A stretch of DNA of 64,000 bases from Flectonema sp. DT1601 (lineage: Eukaryota), in NCBI GenBank assembly GCA_964019425.1, contig OZ025782.1, positions 434,001-498,000 on the forward strand, in the 5' to 3' direction. The position numbers and the translations under genes were made by a program. Of the stretch, positions 49,087-59,103 are shown piece after piece (the stretch's first letter is position 1; the number at the start of each line of letters is the position of its first letter). Below the pieces are notes generated by a model. The model had not been told where the DNA came from. It did no database searches and saw only the letters and a program-made list of their open reading frames with translations.

Positions 49087-49739
49087 AAATAGGCTAAGTG
49101 TAATCACCCTCCATGCGATGCTTGCGCAGGGAGAGCCAAGGGTCGAGAACCCTGGAGATTACCTTTGTTTCTTTTTGTGACTGGATTGCAGTGGCGCAAC
49201 CCATCACCCCACCTGTTGGTATCTTTTTATTTTTTTTATTTAAAGAAAAAAGCAGGCTAAGTCGCCTGAGCTGGCATCGCCAGAATATTTAACTTCACAT
49301 GGCAATGTCAGCTCGTGAAGGGATCCAGTTGGATCAAAGGTTTTCTCCCCCCCACTCTATTTATCGTCATTGGTGCGCACCTTCGAACAGGAAGGCCAAC
49401 ACTGACGGAATTTTTTACTTCTCTTCCCAGGGTTGAACCTTGGGAAAAAAACAAACAATAAACACAGTGTAGACAAACATATTTTTTTTTTTTTATGTGC
49501 AAGAGATACCAACACGCAAGAGATACCAACGCACAAACGAGATACCAGCACTTCCGAGATACCGACACACAAGAGATACCAAGACACTTAAGATACCAGC
49601 AAGGACAATGAGAGGTAGAATGAACTCTCCTCCTTGTGTCCGATCCTGATTATTTTTTGTTGAATTGGTAGTGTTACCTCAGTTTGCGACTCTCGTATCT
49701 GTGTTGTGTTAACTCATGTAAGTGATCTTAACTCCTGTT

Positions 49740-52700
49740 AAAAAATAAATAAAAAGAATTTAAAATAAAAAAAAAGAACAAACAATGTTATCATTGTTTT
49801 TTTTATCGTTCGACTTTGTCGACTAATTTCTATTTTCAGTTTTTTTCTTTAAAAAATAAATAAAAAGAATTTAAAATAAAAAAAAAGAATAAACAATGTT
49901 ATCATTGTTTTTTTTATCGATCGACTATGTCGATTACTTTCTATTTTCCGTCCTGGTCAAGACGCTAAACTGATTGTTTTTTTTTTTCAAAATTAATAAA
50001 AAATGAATATAAAAAAAAAATAAAAAAAAGAATAAACAATGTTATCATTGTTTTTTTTTATCGTTCGACTTTGTCGACTAATTTCTATTTTCCGTTTTTT
50101 TTCTTTAAAAAATAAATAAAAAGAATTTAAAATAAAAAAAAAGAATAAACAATGTTATCATTGTTTTTTTTATCGATCGACTATGTCGATCACTTTCTAT
50201 TTTCCGTCCTGGTCAAGACGCTGAACTGATTGTTTTTTTTTTAATAAATAAAAAGAAATAAAAAAAAAAAAAAAAAAAAAAGAATAAACAATGTTATCAT
50301 TGTTTTTTTATCGTTCGACTTTGTCGACTAATTTCTATTTTCCGTTTCTTTTCTTTAAAAAATAAATAAAAAGAATTTAAAATAAAAAAAAAAGAATAAA
50401 CAATGTTATCATTGTTTTTTTTATCGATCGACTATGTCGATCACTTTCTATTTTCCGTCCTGGTCAAGACGCTAAACTGATTTTTTTTTTTAATAAATAA
50501 AAAGAAATAAAAAAAAAAAAAAAAAGAATAAACAATGTTATCATTGTTTTTTTATCGTTCGACTTTGTCGACTAATTTCTATTTTCCGTTTCTTTTCTTT
50601 AAAAAATAAATAAAAAGAATTTAAAATAAAAAAAAAGAATAAACAATGTTATCATTGTTTTTTTATCGATCGACTATGTCGATCACTTTCTATTTTCCGT
50701 CCTGGTCAAGACGCTAAACTGATTGTTTTTTTTTTTCGAAACTAATAAAAAAGAATATAAAAAAATTAAAAAAAAAGAATAAACAATGTTATCATTGTTT
50801 TTTTATCGTTCGACTTTGTCGACTAATTTCTATTTTCCGTTTCTTTTCTTTAAAAAATAAATAAAAAGAATTTAAAATAAAAAAAAAGAATAAACAATGT
50901 TATCATTGTTTTTTTATCGATCGACTATGTCGATCACTTTCTATTTTCCGTCCTGGTCAAGACGCTAAACTGATTGTTTTTTTTTCGAAATTAATAAAAA
51001 AGAATATAAAAAAATTAAAAAAAAAGAATAAACAATGTTATCATTGTTTTTTTATCGTTCGACTTTGTCGACTAATTTCTATTTTCCGTTTTTTTCTTTA
51101 AAAATAAATAAAAAGAATTTAAAATAAAAAAAAAAGAATAAACAATGTTATCATTGTTTTTTTTTATCGATCGACTATGTCGATTACTTTCTATTTTCCG
51201 TCCTGGTCAAGACGCTAAACTGATTGTTTTTTTTTTTTTCAAAATTAATAAAAAAGAATATAAAAAAAAAATAAAAAAAAGAATAAACAATGTTATCATT
51301 GTTTTTTTTATCGTTCGACTTTGTCGACTAATTTCTATTTTCCGTTTTTTTTTCTTTAAAAATAAAAAAAAAAGAATAAACAATGTTATCATTGTTTTTT
51401 TATCGATCGACTATGTCGATTACTTTCTATTTTCCGTCCTGGTCAAGACGCTAAACTGATTGTTTTTTTTTTTTCAAAATTAATAAAAAAGAATATAAAA
51501 AAAAATAAAAAAAAAAAGAATAAACAATGTTATCATTGTTTTTTTTTTTATCGTTCGACTTTGTTGACTAATTTCTATTTTCCGTTTTTTTTCTTTTTAA
51601 AAAATAAATAAAAAGAATTTAAAAAAAAAAAAAAAAGAATAAACAATGTTATCATTGTTTTTTTTATCGATCGACTATGTCGATTACTTTCTATTTTCCG
51701 TCCTGGTCAAGACGCTAAACTGATTGTTTTTTTTTTTTCAAAATTAATAAAAAAGAATAGAAAAAAAAAAAAAAATAAAAAAATAGAATAAACAATGTTA
51801 TCATTGTTTTTTTTTTATCGTTCGACCTTGTTGACTATTTTCTGTTTTCCATTTTTTTTTTTTTTAAAAAATAAATAAAAAGAATTTAAAAAAAAAAAAA
51901 AAAGAATAAACAATGTTATCATTGTTTTTTTTTTTATCGTTCGACTTTGTTGACTAATTTCTATTTTCCGTTTCTTTTCTTTAAAAAATAAATAAAAAGA
52001 ATTTAAAAAAAAAAAAAAAGAATAAACAATGTTATCATTGTTTTTTTTTTTATCGTTCGACTTTGTTGACTAATTTCTATTTTCCGTTTTTTTTCTTTTT
52101 AAAAAATAAATAAAAAGAATTTAAAAAAAAAAAAAAAAGAATAAACAATATTATCATTGTTTTTTTTTTATCGATCGACTATGTCGATCACTTTCTATTT
52201 TCCGTCCTGGTCAAGACGCTAAACTGATTGTTTTTTTTTTTTTTTTCAAAATTAATAAAAAAGAATATAAAAAAAATACAAAAAAAAGAATAAACAATGT
52301 TATCATTGTTTTTTTTTATCGTTCGACTTTGTCGACTAATTTCTATTTTCCGTTTTTTTTTTTCTTTAAAAAATAAATAAAAAAAAAATTAAAAAAAAAA
52401 AGATTAAACAATGTTATCATTGTTTTTTTATCGATCGACTATGTCGATTACTTTCTATTTTCCGTCCTGGTCAAGACGCTAAACTGATTGTTTTTTTTTT
52501 TTCAAAATTAATAAAAAAGAATATAAAAAAAAAAAAAAAAAAAAAAAAGAATAAACAATGTTATCATTGTTTTTTTTTTTTTTATCGTTCGACTTTGTCG
52601 ACTAATTTTTATTTTCCGTTTTTTTTTCTTTAAAAAATAAATAATAAGAATTTAAAAAAAAAAAAAAAAAAAAAGAATAAACAATGTTATCATTGTTTTT

Positions 52701-52900
52701 TTATCGATCGACTATGTCGATCACTTTCTATTTTCCGTCCTGGTCAAGACGCTAAACTGATTGTTTTTTCTTTAAAATAATTAAAAGGATTTAAAAAAAA
52801 AAAAAAAAAAAAAAATGAATAAACAATGTTATCATTGTTTTTTTTCTATCGATCGACTATGTCGATTAATTTCTATTTTCCGTCCCGATCGAGACGCTAA
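49740..52900. repeat. Palindrome-bearing satellite, ~25 monomers of ~95-150 bp, mostly alternating two variants; runs into R3 (52874-53367)
   Basis: aaacaatgttatcattgttt followed by tcgactttgtcga or gatcgactatgtcgat. Confidence 0.92.
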
Positions 52901-52932
52901 ACTGATTGTTTCCTTTTTTTTAAATAATAAAT

Positions 52933-52963
<31 letters not shown>

Positions 52964-53144
52964 ATCTCCCTGCTATCCTCATATCCCCACAATAATATTA
53001 TACCTTTTCATTTTCTCTTTCCTTTTCTGGTCTTTTTTTTTTTTTTTTTTTTTTTTTCCTTTTTCATACAACGTTTTTTATTTATATTTTATTTTTTTTT
53101 TTTTTATTTTTTTCATGTTTGATTATTTCCTCTTCATATTTTTT

Positions 53145-53176
<32 letters not shown>

Positions 53177-54690
53177 CTCTGCCTCTCTCTTAATTCTGTT
53201 CGTTTCTTTGAAACGAAAATTCATTTGAATATTATTCCTTGGTCAGCAACAGTCATTGTCGCCCTCTGGGCCTGTTAAAAAAAAAAAAAAATAAAAAGAA
53301 AGTTTACATCGGGAATAGGGCAGGAGCCAAAAGCTCCCAGTCCGTTACTTCCCACTCTATCGAATTCCCGCCGGACATCTGCAGAGCAGCGATCGATGTC
53401 GATGTCTTCGTTGTCGAACTTCCTGGCGTTTATGTTTTTGTTTTTAACAACAACACAACACCAACTAACAGGTTTGTCTCATTGCCCGTTCTTTCTTGTT
53501 TCCCTTTGCCGCCGGAAGAACGAAGGTCGACGGAGGTCCGAAGCATTGCTTGCGATGATGTTCCGGTATGTGTTGCGTCTCTGTTATTTGTTTGTTTCAA
53601 CTCAATTGGTTCATCTCAGGTTTTAGAAGTCTTCGTCCTGTTCGTTGGGAAGGGCCTGAATCAAAAGTTCACTGCCCCTATTCCTCTCCCAAATTTCTTA
53701 TTCAGCTTGCCACATGACTGTGTGACATTATTGCTACATTGTAGCTCCCCTACAAAAACCTTATTTTTTGCAGTTGTCTTTTGGTTGTAGCAACTTTTAT
53801 TTTATGCTTTTCTAATGTCCCAAAGTTGGTTTATTTTACTTTTTTTTTTCTGCAAGGGAACAGTCCAAAGCATAAGTCCGAACAGCCCTAAGGCCAGTGA
53901 ACGCACTGATTGTTAGGTATTGTATTCCAGGGAAAGTTTGGTTTGTATACTTTATTTTTATTTTATTTTATTTAATTTGTTAAAAGAAAACAGGTAACTT
54001 TACATGAGCATCGGCTCGAACGGCTCTGGCGAAGCGAGTGAACGAGTCTGATTGCTGAGTATTGTATTCTGTTTTCTTGTTCTTTTTTTAATTTATTTCA
54101 AACAGGGCAACAGGGGGAAAGTTTGGTTTGTATCCCCTGGGTGTTTAGCGTCACCTGTTGAGGTGTAATGTATTCTGTTTACTTCTATCCCTTTGTTTTT
54201 TTTTTTTTTTTTTTTTATTTCAAACAGGACAGCAGGGGGAAAGTTTGTTTCGTACCCCCCGGGTGCTTAGCGTCACCCTCCATGCGATGCTTTCGCAGGG
54301 AGAGCCAAGGGTCGAGAACCCTGGAGATTACCTTTGTTTCTTTTTGTGACTGGATTGCAGTGGCGCAACCCATCACCCCACCTGTTGGTATCTTTTTATT
54401 TTTTTTATTTAAAGAAAAAAGCAGGCTAAGTCGCCTGAGCTGGCATCGCCAGAATATTTAACTTCACATGGCAATGTCAGCTCGTGAAGGGATCCAGTTG
54501 GATCAAAGGTTTTCTCCCCCCCACTCTATTTATCGTCATTGGTGCGCACCTTCGAACAGGAAGGCCAACACTGACGGAATTTTTTACTTCTCTTTCATAG
54601 TTTACTCAGGGAATGATCACCAAGTCCACTTTTGTGCCTTTTTCTTACTGTTTTTTACTTTAAATTTTTCTGGTTAAAAATACCAAAAAT

Positions 54691-54775
54691 TGTGCCGTGA
54701 CCGGGAATTGAACCCCCGACCACGGTTACGTAAGCGATTTAAGGTCGACGACCATAACAACTCGGCTATGCAGGC
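54691..54775 (-). tRNA. Pseudo-tRNA (Leu-like, long variable arm) inside repeat A; copies at 59471-59555 and 61439-61523
   Basis: A box TAGCCGAGTTG, CTTAAAT loop, B box GGTTCAATTCC, then T5. The acceptor stem pairs poorly. Confidence 0.55.
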
Positions 54776-55036
54776 TCTGGTACGTCGAAAATTATTTTAT
54801 ACTTATTACTTTTCTGTCCTAACGGAACGGAAAATGAAAAATGTCCTTCCTTATCTAAAATGCACTCTGCACCTATTATGTTGGTTCAGCAGTGGCTTAT
54901 CGAACTTATTAGCTCTCGTTGCACTGGTTAGCGCTGTGTTTGAGACGTTATATTATATCGGTACACTTTTAACTAATATGTTACTTCCTTTCCTTAGCAA
55001 ATTTTGCTCTTTTTGTTATTTCTCTAAAACAAAAGA

Positions 55037-56317
55037 ATGTCTACACCACCAATTGTGGAAATTCCGCATGTAGAATCTGAGATGGATTTAGATTCAATTC
55101 TGTTTGAGGATTTGAGGACGGTGAGAGCACAATCACCACGTGCCACCATCGGGGAAGCAGGGACGTTTTGGGATCCCCAATCCAAAATGTCCGAAGAGAT
55201 GATGAAAAACAATTCGTTGGCCTTGATAGGAAGAGAAGCGGTGTATTGTATGAGGAAGGAAGGGGAATCAAGTTGGAATTGGTATTGTGGCTTATTGTCA
55301 ATGGTGGGTAATACGGGGAGGGTAACCTTGTCAAATTCGACAAGTCTTTTAAGGGGTGTGTATCGACACACGGGGCCGGACGAAACATTCGACTTTCCAC
55401 ATGCGGGCTTTGAATATGCCCATGTGATAAGCAAGGATGTGTATTGGGATGAGTGGTCCAAAAGGTTAGTTCTAGAAAATGAACAAAAGATGTTAGGCAT
55501 GTGCCAAAAGGTAACTAATTTGGAATCGCAGGTGGCGTCATTGTTATCGCCACAGATGCATGGTGCGCAACCCCAGCCACAGATGCATGGTGTGCAACCC
55601 CAGCCACAGATGCATGGTGCGCAACCCCAGCCACAGATGCATGGTGCGCAACCCCAGCCACAAATTCAACAAGAGAGTGGTATGATGCAACAAATGATGG
55701 CACTATTATCGCAAAATCAACAATTATGTCAGATGCAGTTGCAGCATTCATCGGAATTATTAAAAAAGAAGTCAGCAGATGTGTGTCAATTGTCACCAGA
55801 GAACATCGAATGTCTGGATTTTGATCTAGCGACGGATGCGACTAACGTGTTACAATGGCGCGATATTTTGGCGCAGGGTGGATCAGAAAGGTTGCTGGAT
55901 AAACTAGAAAACAAATACTGGTCAGTGCACAGGGGTAAATTGGCCACGAGGGAGTTAAGGGAGTTGAAGGCAGCCTTTGAAATTGTAAGAGATAATGTGA
56001 GGGTGGCAAGTACTAGATCAGCGGACTGGATTACTTCCAAACCATTGGTTCGGAGTATGAATAAATCATTGGAGTCGTTGATTATGAAATGGGAGTACAC
56101 GACGAAAAGGATTAGCTCTGACGATATTGAACGAAGGGTCAAATCAGGGATGTTGTTTGAGAAGGCAGTGAGGATGGCAGAGGTTGATGCAGAGAAAAAG
56201 CACAAGATAGAAATGAGCGGGAAAGGGTATAAGGGGAGTTGGAATCCACGGAATTTCGAGTACAGGGGAAAAGGGTTCTCGGGAAACGTTGGGGGGGCTG
56301 GCAAAGGTCACAAATGA
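55037..56317 (+). CDS. gag-like ORF1 of YR element 2 (426 aa, with four 27-bp PQMHGAQPQ repeats at ~55550-55660)
   Basis: First ORF after A1. Homologous to 16480-17020 and 21767-22332. Confidence 0.8.
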   Translation: MSTPPIVEIPHVESEMDLDSILFEDLRTVRAQSPRATIGEAGTFWDPQSKMSEEMMKNNSLALIGREAVYCMRKEGESSWNWYCGLLSMVGNTGRVTLSNSTSLLRGVYRHTGPDETFDFPHAGFEYAHVISKDVYWDEWSKRLVLENEQKMLGMCQKVTNLESQVASLLSPQMHGAQPQPQMHGVQPQPQMHGAQPQPQMHGAQPQPQIQQESGMMQQMMALLSQNQQLCQMQLQHSSELLKKKSADVCQLSPENIECLDFDLATDATNVLQWRDILAQGGSERLLDKLENKYWSVHRGKLATRELRELKAAFEIVRDNVRVASTRSADWITSKPLVRSMNKSLESLIMKWEYTTKRISSDDIERRVKSGMLFEKAVRMAEVDAEKKHKIEMSGKGYKGSWNPRNFEYRGKGFSGNVGGAGKGHK

Positions 56318-59103
56318 ACCGAGGTCAGCCCCGAGTTAGTAAAGCGGTTTTTAAGCCGCGATCAGGGAGGCACTTGCCAAAGAAGGTCAGTGTCAGAAGA
56401 GTTAGCTCAAGTTCCAGATCGTATTTTGGAAATAAGGGAGAAGATTCTGCGATCAGAAGGGGCCGAGGTGTCGACGTTGATCGGCAGTCTTATGAAGAAC
56501 CGAATCGAGGATCAGGTGAGGAGGGTCCAAAGAGGTCGGAACAAAGAGTTTTCAATGGACCTGAACGAGTCGCTGTTAGTTATGGAAGAGATCGCAGGAA
56601 AGATGTGGGCCCAAAGTACGATGCGAAACCGCCAGTGCTTGTGGGATCGTTTATTGATTTGGGTGGAGCGGAACGATGTTCCGGTAAACCAGGACACAGT
56701 GGCGCTGTTTGTGACAGCAACGAAAGTTTCAAAGCAGGGAATGCTGGCTTATTCAAAGGCATTCTCAGGCATGCTGAAGAGGATGGGATTGGAGAACGAA
56801 ACGTTGAAGCAGTTGGCAGCGGCGTTGAGAGCGGACGGGGCTGCAGTCCCATTAGATCAAGCGGAGCCAATAGATCGGTTTACTTTAATCGCATGGGCGA
56901 TGAGACAAGATGTCCAGTTGAGAGTGGGCTTGTTGATCGCTTGGAAGTCGGTAGCGAGATGGGGAGAAGTTTGGAAGTTGGGAAGGAGAAATTTCATTTT
57001 CGTTTCTGTGGAAGAGATCATTGTGGACTGGTGGGATGTTCCGAAGGGACGAAGGGAAGATCCCTTCAGGCCGTCCAGATGGGTAGTGATAAGAGGATAC
57101 CTGACATCGGAGATAGCACAGGGCTTGCAAATGATGGGAAACTTTATAGCTCTAACAAGGGTATCAACAAGAAGTCTGGATGCTTTGTGGAGAAAGGACC
57201 TGTTAATGAAGAAGTTTTCAGCCCATTCAATAAAAAGGGGATCGATTTCTCATATTATGGGTCTGATGTCAACTGGAAGCAAAATCGACGAGGTCGTCAT
57301 GGGAAGACTGCTGAAGCATTCTTCGAAGAGCGATCCCTTTTCAGGGGTAACGATTCGGTATGGAGGAGACCCGGTGAGCATGGCCCGAGCATTGAGAACG
57401 GGAGAGATAACGGTGTTGTTGTGAGAAGACATAATATTTGTAGACGACCGAAACGATCGGTATTACCAAGATCTTTAGAAGAAAAGAATTCCCCCCTGCA
57501 TGTAACGAAAATTGAACCCATGTCCATTTTATTTGTAAAGGAAAGAATGTCGCAAAAACGGCTGAAAAGATTTAATTTTGTATGGGACTTAACATTTTAT
57601 CCACACAAAGTATGCCACAATACCAGTTCCACAGGTCCGCTTGATCCTCATGCTTCAACCCTTGACTTCCATTCTGATTTTGATCATGTGATGAATTTTT
57701 CGGAGAAGGTGAGTTCGTTTTCTCGACTGCATGCTGATTTACTTGTGGAGAACGGGATCGCTCAGGAGACATCACAACCGAGTGAAGTTGAGAACATTCC
57801 GTTCACTGTGGTTGAGCAGAAGGCAACTGGTCTGCGCCAGAGGTTCATTCTTTGGACGAAGGAGTCAAATGAACGTTTGGTTGATGATGGTTATGTTGCT
57901 GATGTGCCCTTGGGGCATATCTCGGAATATCTGGACTCGGTGCTTCTTGATTGTGCAAGCGGAAGGGATTTCAGGACTGGTTTTTATCAGGTCGAGATTC
58001 CTCATGATGCTCGCAAGTTCTTTAGTTTTAGATCAGACGATGGCCAGTTTTTTGAATTGACTCGGTTACCTATGGGTCATTCATGTGCACCAGAAATTAT
58101 GCACACATTAGCTGCTACCATCGCAGGTCATCCTGATTATGTGAAGCCGGACATCGCGATTCATGATGTAAGAGTAGATGTTTGGATCGATAACATTAGG
58201 TATTCTGGTCCAGCGAAGGAGGTGAAAGCTAGGACGACTGAACTTGATGGAACAGCTATGAGGGCTTCTGCAACTTGGAAGCAGGCTGATTCTTTCGATC
58301 TCTCTGTGGAGTATGAATTTTTAGGTGTCCAGTTTAGCCATCTAAGTAAGACTGTTGTTGTTTCTAAGAGATTACAGAGCAAGATTACTTCTGTGGATTT
58401 ATTTTTGGTGTCAGCCTCTGGCTTGGAATCGTTGATGGGTAGATTGATGCATGCATCGGCTGTTTCTGGTGTATCTCCTGGGAGATTCTGGTTTGCCTTG
58501 AAGTTTATTAGACGGATTATTAATAAGATTAATCGAGGTATTCTTGGTCTTGACGATGCGGTGCATGTCCCTCGTTCGGTACGATTGGAATTGTCTAGGT
58601 GGATGGTTGATGCTGTTAAATTGCGAACTATTAAAAAGATACTCCATGCTTCGAAACTGTTGACTGTATTTGTGGACGCTTCCTTAGAGGGATGGGGAGG
58701 TGTTGTAGTAGAACAGTCAGGTGCCCTTACTGTTGTAGGCGACATTTGGAGGCAAGAAAAAGGACTTCACATTAATATTCTCGAGGCAAAGGCTTTGCTT
58801 AATACTTTGTTAGCGTTGGACTTGTGGGATCTAAAAGGATTTAGGCTTGATATCAGGGTAGACAATACTTCTGTTATGGGGGCAGTTAGGAAAAGACAAT
58901 GCCAGAAGAACAAAATCCTGAATGATGTAGTTTTGGCAGTTTCTGATTGGCTAATTTTTAAAAAGGTAGTTTTCAGTGTCAAGTATATTAAGTCTGCGTT
59001 GAATCCTGCAGACGGTCCTTCCAGAACTTCTATGGGCCTACTTTCATCTGATAAACTGCGATCTCAAGTCATACAAGCGGTGGGGCTGTTCTTCCGCACA
59101 TAA
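56239..59103 (+). CDS. RT/RNase H ORF3; its N-terminal ~395 codons overlap gag and YR
   Basis: RDFRTGFYQ, TRLPMGH, VWIDNI, EFLGV, FVDAS, HINILEA, VDNTS, NPADGPSR. Confidence 0.9.
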   Translation: MESTEFRVQGKRVLGKRWGGWQRSQMNRGQPRVSKAVFKPRSGRHLPKKVSVRRVSSSSRSYFGNKGEDSAIRRGRGVDVDRQSYEEPNRGSGEEGPKRSEQRVFNGPERVAVSYGRDRRKDVGPKYDAKPPVLVGSFIDLGGAERCSGKPGHSGAVCDSNESFKAGNAGLFKGILRHAEEDGIGERNVEAVGSGVESGRGCSPIRSSGANRSVYFNRMGDETRCPVESGLVDRLEVGSEMGRSLEVGKEKFHFRFCGRDHCGLVGCSEGTKGRSLQAVQMGSDKRIPDIGDSTGLANDGKLYSSNKGINKKSGCFVEKGPVNEEVFSPFNKKGIDFSYYGSDVNWKQNRRGRHGKTAEAFFEERSLFRGNDSVWRRPGEHGPSIENGRDNGVVVRRHNICRRPKRSVLPRSLEEKNSPLHVTKIEPMSILFVKERMSQKRLKRFNFVWDLTFYPHKVCHNTSSTGPLDPHASTLDFHSDFDHVMNFSEKVSSFSRLHADLLVENGIAQETSQPSEVENIPFTVVEQKATGLRQRFILWTKESNERLVDDGYVADVPLGHISEYLDSVLLDCASGRDFRTGFYQVEIPHDARKFFSFRSDDGQFFELTRLPMGHSCAPEIMHTLAATIAGHPDYVKPDIAIHDVRVDVWIDNIRYSGPAKEVKARTTELDGTAMRASATWKQADSFDLSVEYEFLGVQFSHLSKTVVVSKRLQSKITSVDLFLVSASGLESLMGRLMHASAVSGVSPGRFWFALKFIRRIINKINRGILGLDDAVHVPRSVRLELSRWMVDAVKLRTIKKILHASKLLTVFVDASLEGWGGVVVEQSGALTVVGDIWRQEKGLHINILEAKALLNTLLALDLWDLKGFRLDIRVDNTSVMGAVRKRQCQKNKILNDVVLAVSDWLIFKKVVFSVKYIKSALNPADGPSRTSMGLLSSDKLRSQVIQAVGLFFRT
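56390..57424 (+). CDS. Tyrosine recombinase
   Basis: WKSVARWGE (R), VPKG (K), FSAHSIKRGS (HxxR-like), LLKH, TIRY (Y). Confidence 0.88.
   Translation: MSEELAQVPDRILEIREKILRSEGAEVSTLIGSLMKNRIEDQVRRVQRGRNKEFSMDLNESLLVMEEIAGKMWAQSTMRNRQCLWDRLLIWVERNDVPVNQDTVALFVTATKVSKQGMLAYSKAFSGMLKRMGLENETLKQLAAALRADGAAVPLDQAEPIDRFTLIAWAMRQDVQLRVGLLIAWKSVARWGEVWKLGRRNFIFVSVEEIIVDWWDVPKGRREDPFRPSRWVVIRGYLTSEIAQGLQMMGNFIALTRVSTRSLDALWRKDLLMKKFSAHSIKRGSISHIMGLMSTGSKIDEVVMGRLLKHSSKSDPFSGVTIRYGGDPVSMARALRTGEITVLL

Noticed and set aside
49740..52900. CRISPR-like array of palindromic repeats
   Set aside because: The intervening sequences are repeated A/T runs, not unique spacers. No cas genes, and the context is eukaryotic.
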